A stretch of 64,000 nt of DNA. Source: a bacterium (lineage in GTDB: Bacteria > Electryoneota > JAOADG01). Both the position numbers and the translations under genes were made by a program. The notes beneath the pieces were generated by a model. It was not told the origin of the DNA and did no database searches. It was given only the letters and a program-made list of their open reading frames with translations. How positions within the stretch are numbered: position 1 is the stretch's first letter; the number at the start of each line of letters is the position of its first letter. Shown here one piece after another: positions 31,321 through 42,601 of this stretch. The DNA is taken from NCBI GenBank assembly GCA_963681965.1, contig OY820579.1, positions 1,856,001 to 1,920,000 on the forward strand, written 5' to 3'.

Positions 31321-32529
31321 ATGTCTTTGCACGAATCAAATATTACCGAAGTGATCGATCCCGGACCGTGGCGGATTGCGAAGAAATTCGATTACTATTT
31401 ACTGGCGATGGTCGCGATCGGTGCGATCCTCTGGCTCATCGGTTGGCGTATCAACCCGCTTCGCGGTTGGTCGGCGTACCTGATCAATTTTCTCTTCGTT
31501 CTATTCCTTACGCTCTCCGGCGTCTTCTTCACCGCGCTGGAATATGTCACCAATGCCGATTGGTCGACAGCGCTACGCCGTATCCCCGAAGGGATCGCGT
31601 CGTTTCTTCCGTTTACGTTGATCTTCATGGCGATCTTCGCCATCGCCGTACCGTCGCTCTATAGCTGGCATGCCGACTGGGTGAATCCGGAGGGTCTGAC
31701 CCGCGCGGTAACCCGTACGAAAGTGACGTGGCTCTCGCAACCGTTTTTTACCATCCGGAATCTGGCATTCATCATCATCTGGTCACTGCTCGGTTGGGCT
31801 ATCGTTCGCAATAGTCTCAAGCAGGACAATGCCACCTTGCCGCATCTATCGCGGGTCAATGCGAAATTAGCGATCGCGTTCATGATCCTCTATGCACTTT
31901 CGTTTTCCGTTGCGAGTTACGATCTGCTGATGTCGCTAGAACCGAATTGGTATTCGACCATGTTCGGCGTCTACACGTTTATCGGGATGTTTCAGAGCGG
32001 CATTGCGCTGATTGCGATACTCGCCATCCGGATGCGCAAGTCCGGTGCATTGCCACTCACGATTGACGGGCATATCCGCGATCTTGGCGGATTCGTTTTT
32101 GCGATGTCGGTTTTTATGTCCTATATCGGTTTTTGTCAATTCCTCTTGATCTGGTATGCGAATCTTCCCGACGAGACGTTTTATTTCATCAAGCGCACGC
32201 AGGAAGGGTGGTGGATCCTGCTGCTCATGATCGCCGCGCTGAAATTCCTGTTCCCGTTTGTTTTGCTGATGTCGCAACAGGCGAAGAAAAACGAGAAGCT
32301 GTTAACGATGATCGCGATCGGGATATTGATAGGGGAGTGGTTGGATCTTTATTGGATGGTGATCCCGACGCATACCAAACAACTGGTGCTGCCCGGCATT
32401 GCCGATCTGGGCGGTTTGCTGTTGTTCCTCGGTCTGTTCGGAATGCCGGTGGTGCGGTTCTATCGCAAACATTCGATGCTGGCGACTGGCGATCCCAAGA
32501 TTCTCACCAGTATCAATTGGAGGGGTTGA
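31321..32529 (+). CDS. actF: Alternative complex III subunit F
   Basis: Polytopic; W...LRRIPE, DLLMSLEPNWYSTMFG, QFLLIWYANLPDET, DLYWMV. Confidence 0.9.
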   Translation: MSLHESNITEVIDPGPWRIAKKFDYYLLAMVAIGAILWLIGWRINPLRGWSAYLINFLFVLFLTLSGVFFTALEYVTNADWSTALRRIPEGIASFLPFTLIFMAIFAIAVPSLYSWHADWVNPEGLTRAVTRTKVTWLSQPFFTIRNLAFIIIWSLLGWAIVRNSLKQDNATLPHLSRVNAKLAIAFMILYALSFSVASYDLLMSLEPNWYSTMFGVYTFIGMFQSGIALIAILAIRMRKSGALPLTIDGHIRDLGGFVFAMSVFMSYIGFCQFLLIWYANLPDETFYFIKRTQEGWWILLLMIAALKFLFPFVLLMSQQAKKNEKLLTMIAIGILIGEWLDLYWMVIPTHTKQLVLPGIADLGGLLLFLGLFGMPVVRFYRKHSMLATGDPKILTSINWRG

Positions 32530-32813
32530 TGCGAACACGGAAATTTATGATGCGATCGACTGGTGTGAATATTTCGCTGTTGTTATTGGCAATCGTGGTT
32601 ACAATTTCAGCGTGCAATAAACGGATCAGCGATCCTGCCATGCAACCGCAGCCGATGACGCCGGTGAAAGTGACACCGCCGCCTGAAGGGCAGCGGATAC
32701 CGGTCAAATTTGCGATGAAGCTGTTGGTCGACGAAGCGAAATCGAAGAATTCGAACGCTACTACGACAAAATTTCCGATCTGGATGACGCAAAAAAACGT
32801 CAACGCTCGATGA
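32529..32813 (+). CDS. Small putative lipoprotein at the end of the act operon
   Basis: TGATG stop/start overlap with actF; hydrophobic stretch ending in ISAC; Pro-rich segment. Confidence 0.5.
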   Translation: MRTRKFMMRSTGVNISLLLLAIVVTISACNKRISDPAMQPQPMTPVKVTPPPEGQRIPVKFAMKLLVDEAKSKNSNATTTKFPIWMTQKNVNAR

Positions 32814-32854
32814 TCTTCCTCAGCATTTATTAAGTAAAATTAGTATTTTTGTTA

Positions 32855-33175
32855 GTAGGGTCGGGCTCCCAAGCCCGCCCGTTTTTTTTTCTATCTTGAT
32901 CTTGTATCCTGTAGTAGGGGAGGTCCTCCGCGGTCTCCAGTTCTTGTATCTTTCTATGGTTACTTGTGTCCTGTTCTGTCATTGCGAGGACAACGCGAAG
33001 CGGCAGACGTGGCAACCTACACTTTTGTCGTGTATCCTTAATCCTGTAGTACTGCCGATCTCCGAATCGGCGCTTTTTATCGTTTTTTTCCTATCCGCTT
33101 TTCCAATCGGCAAAGACTGAAAAAAAGAAATAGATGCCCAATCGGAGTTGGGCAGTACTGCCAAACTCCGAATCT
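32855..33175. repeat. Intergenic array of heterogeneous REP-like palindromes
   Basis: GTAGGGTCGGGCTCCCAAGCCCGCCC (32855); GTAGGGGAGGTCCTCCGCGGTCTCC (32914); GTCATTGCGAG...CGTGGCAAC (32978-33017); GTAGTACTGCCGATCTCCGAATCGGC (33046); inverted GCCCAATCGGAGTTGGGCAGTAC (33136). Confidence 0.8.
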
Positions 33176-33301
33176 GCGTATTTTTACCTAAAACTCTCAA
33201 CTGAATATCTGCGTCGATAATTTCTTCACCCTCATACCATTTGGTTGTAAACACACTCTCCCTGCATTATAATATTTGTACGTCAATCCAACGGAGGCGC
33301 A

Positions 33302-35950
33302 ATGAATCTCCACCATCGCATCACTCGTATCGCAGCAATGACGGTGGTAATGCTGCTATCAGTTTTCGCTGTTCCGCACACTTCTGCAGTATCGGTGCAA
33401 TCAACACGGTTGCCACACCCATTCCAGTTTACTGAGAATAAGGGGCAGTGGGACTCCGCCGTCCTCTACAAATGCGAGGTGCGGCACGATGGGTTTACCT
33501 GGTTCCTCGAGCGCGATGGTGTCACCCTCGTCACTAGCGTCGTCGATACGATGATGGTAGGGGCGGTTCGCGAACGCACCGATCCTTTTTCCAGTAGGGG
33601 CGGGCTCCCACGCCCGCCCGCAAGCGGCAACGACGTTGCCGCCGTAGGGGCGTATGGCATACGCCCTGATCATGAATCCTTTCCATTAAAATCTCACGCG
33701 CTCAAATTCAAATTCATCAGCGAATGCACGACACAAAAGGATGTCGGAATAAATTCCGACCTACGAAAATACACTTGCGCAAAATCCATCGATGCACAAG
33801 GTGAACTATCGTGGCACAATAATTATTTCCTCGGAAATGATTCGTCGAAGTGGGCACCGGATTGTAGGAACTTTACATGTATCGTGTATCATGATGTCTG
33901 GGACGGCATCGATGTCGAGTGGTATGAGAGCAAAGGTCATCTTGAATTCGATTTCGTGGTACATCCCGGTGCTGATCCGAAACAAATCAGGATGGTGTGT
34001 GAAGGGTTGGAAGCACCACTTTCTTTTGATACTCGGAGGTGGGACTTTAGTCCCGCCACATCTTTAAATGATTCAGGAATGGCGGGACTAAAGTCCCACC
34101 TCCAGGAATTATGTCTACCTATTTCCCTTGGTGAATTACGGATGTCGATTCCGGGGGCATACCAAACCACTGCGAATGGCACTCGCGGAAATAATGTTGC
34201 GGCACAATTCAGACTCGTGGCGGGAAATTGCTTCGCGATCGATTTAACGAATGGGTATGATCCTTCGCAAACGCTGAGGATCGATCCGCTGGTGTATTCC
34301 ACATTCAGCGGGGGAAGTGGTGAAGATTATTCTGCTAGTTTAGGATTAACAATCACTGGATCAATTGTGATTTCAGGATCGACCAACAGTCAAAATTATC
34401 CCACCACACCGGGAACGATCGAACGGATGAACGCAGGATTAGACGATTGTTTCATCTCCAAGCTTGATTCTACATTATCACATTTACAATTTAGCACTTA
34501 TCTCGGTGGCGAATTTAATGATTACTGTCAAGAATTAAAGTTAGATTCGCAGAATAGTATCTATGTAACCGGTTCCACCGAAAGCGACAACTTTCCGACA
34601 ACTACCAACGCATATTGTCAAACACATTCCGGATATCGTACTAAAGATTGTTTTGTCGCAAAAGTGAATTCCTCTGGTTCGCAATTGCTCTACAGTTCAA
34701 TGATAGGAACAAGCGCTCAGGACGTTAGTAATGCTATCATAGTTGATGAATCGGATAGTAGTTGCATCATTACCGGATCTACTAGTGGTACAACCTATCC
34801 AGTAACTGCTGGCGCCTACATTCCTTCTTCGTCTGTTGGTTGCATCATTACCAAATTCGATATAAATCATCCATCACTGCTTTTTAGTACCTATGTTGGT
34901 GGGACAAATGGAGCTGAAGGCAATTGTATCATAAAACTTCCTTCCGATCAATCACTCGTATTTGCCGGAGAGACTTATAGTAACGACTTTCCGTGCACAA
35001 TCAATGCTTATGACACCAGTTACAATGGTGGCGACGATGCTTTTATTGCCCGTATCAATCATGATGGCAGTGTATTATTAAAGAGTACTTATCTAGGTGG
35101 ATCTTCGATGGATGTAATTTTTAAAATGGTTGCATTTCGCGATAGTTTAATAATTGCAGTTGGGGGAACTTATAGTACTGACTTTCCTCATACATTGATA
35201 GCTTTTGATTCTATACAACATGGAAGAGCTGATTGTTTTGTTTCCGTTCTAAACAGAAATTTAACAAATCTCTGTTATAGCTCATTTTTCGGTGGAGAGG
35301 GAGCGGAATCAGCAGTTGGTCTTTTCTGTAATAATCTAGATAGTATATATATAGCTGGAAGTACAACAAGCCATATATTTCCATTGTCTTCTAATGCTTT
35401 TCAACATTCTTATGCTGGTGGCGACCATGATTGCTTTGTTGTACGCATTTCAATAAACAACCAATTAAATTATTATAGTACGTTTATCGGAGGAATTTAT
35501 GATGACCTTGGAAGCGATATTCTAGCAAATTCGAGTAATAGAATAATTCTGTTAGGTATTACTTCTAGTTCGAATTTTCCCATAACAACTACTGGATACG
35601 ATACAGCCAATAATGGTCAACATGACTGTTTCATCACACAATTCACCATTGATAGTACTTATGTTCAAGAAGCCTCACCGTTACCAAATTCTATACTTCT
35701 AGTTAAGAATTTCCCGAATCCTTTTAATTCTACAACAGTGATTGAATTCTCATTGCCGAAAGCGAGTCACGTCAAGATCGAATTATTCGATTTATTGGGA
35801 AGACAAATTCAAACCTTATCCGATCAACACCAACCGGCAGGAACTCACCGAATGCTGTTGAACGGATCGCAGTTACCATCCGGGCAGTATTTTTATCGAA
35901 TCAGTACTTCGGATCAAACCATTTGTAGGAAACTAATGCTTATAAAATAA
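33302..35950 (+). CDS. Secreted SBBP/beta-propeller repeat protein with T9SS-like CTD (paralogue 1); N-domain carries in-frame REP insertions
   Basis: Signal peptide; FTENKGQW...NYFLGND...YHDVWDGID...IDPLVYSTF N-domain; (Y/F)STYLGG...TGSTxSxNFPTT...DCF repeats; FPNPFN...RKLMLIK CTD. RBS GGAGG. Confidence 0.88.
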   Translation: MNLHHRITRIAAMTVVMLLSVFAVPHTSAVSVQSTRLPHPFQFTENKGQWDSAVLYKCEVRHDGFTWFLERDGVTLVTSVVDTMMVGAVRERTDPFSSRGGLPRPPASGNDVAAVGAYGIRPDHESFPLKSHALKFKFISECTTQKDVGINSDLRKYTCAKSIDAQGELSWHNNYFLGNDSSKWAPDCRNFTCIVYHDVWDGIDVEWYESKGHLEFDFVVHPGADPKQIRMVCEGLEAPLSFDTRRWDFSPATSLNDSGMAGLKSHLQELCLPISLGELRMSIPGAYQTTANGTRGNNVAAQFRLVAGNCFAIDLTNGYDPSQTLRIDPLVYSTFSGGSGEDYSASLGLTITGSIVISGSTNSQNYPTTPGTIERMNAGLDDCFISKLDSTLSHLQFSTYLGGEFNDYCQELKLDSQNSIYVTGSTESDNFPTTTNAYCQTHSGYRTKDCFVAKVNSSGSQLLYSSMIGTSAQDVSNAIIVDESDSSCIITGSTSGTTYPVTAGAYIPSSSVGCIITKFDINHPSLLFSTYVGGTNGAEGNCIIKLPSDQSLVFAGETYSNDFPCTINAYDTSYNGGDDAFIARINHDGSVLLKSTYLGGSSMDVIFKMVAFRDSLIIAVGGTYSTDFPHTLIAFDSIQHGRADCFVSVLNRNLTNLCYSSFFGGEGAESAVGLFCNNLDSIYIAGSTTSHIFPLSSNAFQHSYAGGDHDCFVVRISINNQLNYYSTFIGGIYDDLGSDILANSSNRIILLGITSSSNFPITTTGYDTANNGQHDCFITQFTIDSTYVQEASPLPNSILLVKNFPNPFNSTTVIEFSLPKASHVKIELFDLLGRQIQTLSDQHQPAGTHRMLLNGSQLPSGQYFYRISTSDQTICRKLMLIK
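33557..33666 (+). repeat. Three tandem GTAG-REP palindromes plus a linker hairpin inside the CDS (insertion site 1)
   Basis: GTAGGGGCGGTTCGCGAACGCACC (33557); GTAGGGGCGGGCTCCCACGCCCGCCC (33594); GCGGCAAC-gac-GTTGCCGC (33624); GTAGGGGCGTATGGCATACGCCC (33644). Confidence 0.85.
33743..33764 (-). repeat. GTAG-REP inside the CDS (insertion site 2)
   Basis: GTCGGAATAAATTCCGAC-CTAC; the same REP is at 46862-46883 in paralogue 2. Confidence 0.8.
34035..34103. repeat. Inverted GGAG-REP doublet (REPIN-like) inside the CDS (insertion site 3)
   Basis: GGAGGTGGGACTTTAGTCCCGCC (34035-34057) and its exact reverse complement GGCGGGACTAAAGTCCCACCTCC (34081-34103). Confidence 0.85.
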
Positions 35951-35985
35951 GCCATTTCAATCGCACACACCTCCTAGGAGGAGCA

Positions 35986-37560
35986 ATGAAAAGTATCATC
36001 AAGTATGTTTGGTTTGTAGGTTGGCTCGTTACAACTCTTTGCTACGCACGCACGGTTCACTTAAAAGATCAAAACGGAGTTCTCCACAATTTCGAAGCAG
36101 GAACTGAAGTATCACAAGTATGGAATCCTATTGTTGGTGGAACGCCAGCATATATTCAATTCGATAATGTCAGTTGGGATTTCAATAAATGGTTCGATCC
36201 GACTACCACTGGTGTAACGGAAAACTCGGATTCATCGTTGACATTTCACATCTATCGAAGCACAAATCCGTATTATTGCTCCGATACGAATACCATTACT
36301 GGTGTTTACAATACATTACGTGGTTGGCGTTCTTTATTCTACGCAAGATGGGACTTAGATCCTACTAATGACATCAAGAAAAATGATTTTCTTCATTGTG
36401 TCAATGTAATGCGCGGTCTCACTCGACAACATGTTTTCAAAATTGGATTTGTCAATTCGGTTGATATATTCGGTCTTGGAAAGTATCATTGGAGCGTGAC
36501 TGGCAATTTCAATGACATTAAAGGGATTGTTCATTCCGGTTGTTGGATCGATTCTGATACCTCGAATTGGCATCAAGCTCGCAATGAAGTCGATTTCGAA
36601 TTTGGCGGTTATGATACTACGTCTAACTTCGGAGTTCCAAAAGTCGGTTGTGCCATTCAACCTTGGACAGGACCGGGTGCCCACGACCCCATTCATCCCT
36701 ATTATCGAAATCCAATGGGCTTACATGGTCTTTATGGCTGGCCGGAACGATTTTTGAATGATACAGTACCAGCCGGAAATCTGACTTCGATCCATTGGTT
36801 TACCTATAAGCCAGAAGAAATTGCATTTCACAATGAGTGGCCGTCGCTGGTCACATCCTGGACTTTTCCAGCGGCTGGTTATCAGGACACGGCACGTTGT
36901 GGATATTTCAAGAATGACATGTATGACAGTGGTGCCGATTCCTTTGATACACCGATTGTTGTACCTCATTTACGCCCATCATTTGCCCATATGGGATTTG
37001 CTACCGTTCACGGCGATACCGACGAAACTAGCTGTATGAATATTGATTTATCCGGCAATCCCGATGCCGCTGAATTCACAGTCAATTCATTCGCTTGGAC
37101 TGGTATACCCGACTTGTCGTTTTATGAGAAATGTGACAGCATTCGTGTGAATGCGACTACAAATCGTTACGAACGAGTAGATACTACTTGGGCGCTCTCC
37201 GGTTGGAGCAAACCGCTGATCGTTTCAGACAATACAATGTATCCTCCGCAAGCAACCGATGTTCGGGTCGATCACCCGGCTTATATCAATTTTACACTTC
37301 ACAATGTCGGAACAGCAGCTACATCGAAAACCGACACAATTCGTTTGCGGATCTATGTCAATCGCGATCGTATTGATACCTTCACAATTCAACACCCGCT
37401 TCCAGTTGATTCAATCTACTTCGGAAAAACACCTTACACTTTTACCCAATTGGGATGGAATTATTTTCGAATCGAGATCGATCCTGACAATCGCATCGAA
37501 GAGTTGCGCAAATCCAACAATGTCTTTTCCGATTCGATCCGGGTTATCCCTGCCAGATAA
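35986..37560 (+). CDS. Secreted hypothetical protein with C-terminal CARDB-like domain
   Basis: Signal peptide; C-terminal HNVGT...IDPDNRIEELRKSNN CARDB signature; RBS AGGAGGAG. Confidence 0.7.
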   Translation: MKSIIKYVWFVGWLVTTLCYARTVHLKDQNGVLHNFEAGTEVSQVWNPIVGGTPAYIQFDNVSWDFNKWFDPTTTGVTENSDSSLTFHIYRSTNPYYCSDTNTITGVYNTLRGWRSLFYARWDLDPTNDIKKNDFLHCVNVMRGLTRQHVFKIGFVNSVDIFGLGKYHWSVTGNFNDIKGIVHSGCWIDSDTSNWHQARNEVDFEFGGYDTTSNFGVPKVGCAIQPWTGPGAHDPIHPYYRNPMGLHGLYGWPERFLNDTVPAGNLTSIHWFTYKPEEIAFHNEWPSLVTSWTFPAAGYQDTARCGYFKNDMYDSGADSFDTPIVVPHLRPSFAHMGFATVHGDTDETSCMNIDLSGNPDAAEFTVNSFAWTGIPDLSFYEKCDSIRVNATTNRYERVDTTWALSGWSKPLIVSDNTMYPPQATDVRVDHPAYINFTLHNVGTAATSKTDTIRLRIYVNRDRIDTFTIQHPLPVDSIYFGKTPYTFTQLGWNYFRIEIDPDNRIEELRKSNNVFSDSIRVIPAR

Positions 37561-37576
37561 CTGCATCATTTTTTTT

Positions 37577-37611
37577 CACCCAACTCCCATCTCCTAACTC
37601 CCAACCCCCAC
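37577..37611 (+). repeat. Degenerate heptamer tandem repeat
   Basis: CACCCAA CTCCCAT CTCCTAA CTCCCAA CCCCCAC. Confidence 0.55.
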
Positions 37612-37803
37612 TCAACGGTTGCACCCGCTTTCCGAATGCGATATATTTCCCTTTTGAGCGTTCTCCCTTCCGTTAGACCGCTTCCAAGTGTGATTTGTCC
37701 CATCGCGTCGCCGAGATCGCAGACCTGATCCCGCACCGCCAGTCGTCTGACTACCGTTTGCGACTTTGTTGGACAAGCTCGTTACTTTTTCCCGGGATGT
37801 GTC

Positions 37804-39234
37804 ATGGCAATTGCTAAACAAACCGCGCCGAAGAGCGCTAAATCCGCACCAAATCGTGAAAAAAATCCCACATCGGGCAAACTGTCGCAGTGGATCGGCA
37901 AATCAGCTGCCAATTGGACCACCGACGACCTGATCAAAGCTTTTTATTCTCATGATCTTAGTCTCGTCAGCCTGATGCATATCGGTGGCGATGGCTGGCT
38001 CAAAACCCTCGATTTCGCGCCGCGCGACCGTGCTCATTTGCAGGACATTTTGCTCGGCGGTGAGCGTGCCGACGGTTCCAGCATCTTTGCCGGAATGGGT
38101 ATTCCCACCGGTCAATCCGATATCGTTTTGCGCCCCCGGATTGAGAGCGCATTTATCGACCCGTTTTCCACGATGCCAACACTCGTACTGATGTGCCAGC
38201 ATTTCGGTCGCGACGGAAAGCCGCTGCCGGAATCGCCCGACACCATTTTGAATAATGCTTATCGTCATGCGATGGCGACCACTGGCGTCGATTTGTATGC
38301 CTTGGGTGAAGTCGAATATTATATCGCCAAGCGACCCGACGAGAGCGACTGCTACGGTTCTTCCGATCGTGGGTATCACTCGGCATCACCCTTTGTGTTC
38401 GGCGAAGGATTACGCCGACAGGCACTGGCAATTCTGAATGATATCGGTATTCCCGTGAAGTACGGTCACAGCGAAGTCGGCTACATGTCGCCGACCGAAG
38501 ACGACCCGTATGTCTGGGAACAGCATGAGATCGAATTGGCGCTTCAGCCGTTACCGCGTGCTGCCGAAGCGGTGGTCGTAACTCAATGGGTGCTTCGCAA
38601 TCTCGCGCATCGCAATGGTATGAAATGCAGTTTCGAACCGGTCGTCCGCAAGGGTCATGCCGGTAGTGGTCTCCATTTCCACATGTCGCCTGTCGTCAAA
38701 GGGAAACACCTACCGGTCTATCGAAAAGAAGATGAATTGAATGACGTCTCGAAGTGGTTGATTGGTGGTCTGGTGCAACAAGGTGGCGTATTGATGGCGT
38801 TCGGCAATCGCACCGAATCCTCATTCACGCGCCTCACTCAGGCAAAAGAAGCACCGAACAGCGTCACGTGGGGTCGCTACAACCGCAAAGCGTTAATCCG
38901 CCTGCCGATCCTGGTGAAGGATGCTAAGGGGCGGGCAATCGGACATGAAACGATCGAATATCGCCTTCCCGATGGTTCCGCCAATCCGCAACTCTTGTTG
39001 GCTGGGATTGCCCAAGCGTTAGTGTTCGGCAAGAATGCGCCCGATCTGGATAAGTGGCTTGAGAAGACTGCTGCAAACCAGCACTCCGGTCAAACTGCGA
39101 CGGTATCGGTACCGAAGTCGTTCGGCGAAATTGCCAATATCCTCGAACAACATCGCTCGATTTATGAGAAGAGCAATGTGTTCCCGGCGCACTTGGTCGA
39201 TAAATTGATTGAGAATCTGCGCTTAAAATCGTAG
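37804..39234 (+). CDS. Glutamine synthetase family protein
   Basis: DGSSI, GEVEYY, HSEVG, QHEIE, GSGLHFHMS, EAP...WGRYNR and IEYRLPDGSANP motifs. Confidence 0.85.
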   Translation: MAIAKQTAPKSAKSAPNREKNPTSGKLSQWIGKSAANWTTDDLIKAFYSHDLSLVSLMHIGGDGWLKTLDFAPRDRAHLQDILLGGERADGSSIFAGMGIPTGQSDIVLRPRIESAFIDPFSTMPTLVLMCQHFGRDGKPLPESPDTILNNAYRHAMATTGVDLYALGEVEYYIAKRPDESDCYGSSDRGYHSASPFVFGEGLRRQALAILNDIGIPVKYGHSEVGYMSPTEDDPYVWEQHEIELALQPLPRAAEAVVVTQWVLRNLAHRNGMKCSFEPVVRKGHAGSGLHFHMSPVVKGKHLPVYRKEDELNDVSKWLIGGLVQQGGVLMAFGNRTESSFTRLTQAKEAPNSVTWGRYNRKALIRLPILVKDAKGRAIGHETIEYRLPDGSANPQLLLAGIAQALVFGKNAPDLDKWLEKTAANQHSGQTATVSVPKSFGEIANILEQHRSIYEKSNVFPAHLVDKLIENLRLKS

Positions 39235-39262
39235 CGACCGATACATTATCCTAGTTCTTTGA

Positions 39263-39290
39263 CAAAGACCTACAATTCCGTAGGTCTTTG
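39263..39290 (+). terminator. Terminator hairpin after the GS-family gene
   Basis: CAAAGACCTAC-aattcc-GTAGGTCTTTG followed by TTT. Confidence 0.7.
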
Positions 39291-39512
39291 TTTCGTTACC
39301 GAGAAAAAAAAGAATCAACTTACTCTATGATGAATCTTAGACGATCTGAGAAATACATTATTCAGTAGTTACATCGTACCAAATTTGAGCGGATTATTTT
39401 TTATCCGGATCGCTACGGTTGGAATGGTACAATACGTAACCGATTTTGAACAATTCAAATCGACGATCGAGTCTTATTAATCGCATTTTTTACACTATCC
39501 GAAAGGGTAATC

Positions 39513-41731
<2,219 letters not shown>

Positions 41732-42013
41732 ATTGGGCTCAGAAATGAAATAGATTGCTATGATGCTTCGATGTTGGTGTATTCTGAAAATTAACATCGA
41801 ATTCGGCAGTTAAATTGGGAAGTACTCCAGTACTTCCCATTTTTTTTTGTAATTATTCATAGTGGTCGATTCGCGATTTTATTTTTCAAATAATCAAAAA
41901 TCAGTTACATTCTTCGAATTCGTGAATTATATTAGAGTTATCGGAACTCAAATTAAGCTCTTACGTGCGATACTGATTGATTTCCTCAACATACGCAAAA
42001 GGAGGAATAAACA

Positions 42014-42313
42014 ATGGGTTGGCACAAATTACGCGCAGAATTGACCGAGCATCACCGCAGCTCGATCATGGATATCGACTACCTGATTATCAGTCAGGTG
42101 TATCACATCTTTTTCGATCAAGCATCACTGATGTCGCGTCATTCAGCGCACGATCATCGCAAGGAATTGTCCGATCAACAGCATCTGGAATTGTTGTTTC
42201 AATATGTTCAAGAGGAATTGAACCGCTTGAAGCAGAAGGTATCGAAACAATATCACAACAGGATTGATGAGATTGCCGATGAAGCCAAGGAGCTACTGGG
42301 GATCCCTGATTGA
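42014..42313 (+). CDS. Small helical hypothetical protein
   Basis: Strong RBS AAAGGAGG; 99-aa His/Glu-rich ORF. Confidence 0.55.
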   Translation: MGWHKLRAELTEHHRSSIMDIDYLIISQVYHIFFDQASLMSRHSAHDHRKELSDQQHLELLFQYVQEELNRLKQKVSKQYHNRIDEIADEAKELLGIPD

Positions 42314-42601
42314 AAGTACTTAGTGAATGGTGATTTTATTTGGTTACCTGAGAAAACAAACACACATTTCAAGCGTGTATCACATACTATTGATTTTTTA
42401 ACTCAAACACCCGAAAACATCTCAGTTTGGCTGCAATCTTTGGTCAAATTGACACTTCTACCCATTCCTCAAAAAGTTAATATCATTTATTTTGCTACAA
42501 CCGCTTTCGACAGTTCTGATTTTTATCAATAATCTAGATTACATATTGTCTTTCCTTTGATCACGATATATTTTGTTGAAACATCCCTTCGCGGAGGCAA
42601 T

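Noticed and set aside
32133-32528. N-terminal extension of the 226-aa ORF 32133-32813
   Set aside because: It overlaps actF out of frame. Only the part from the ATG at 32529 is plausible.
42323-42532. 69-aa ORF in an AT-rich gap
   Set aside because: Weak GTG start, no clear RBS and no motifs.
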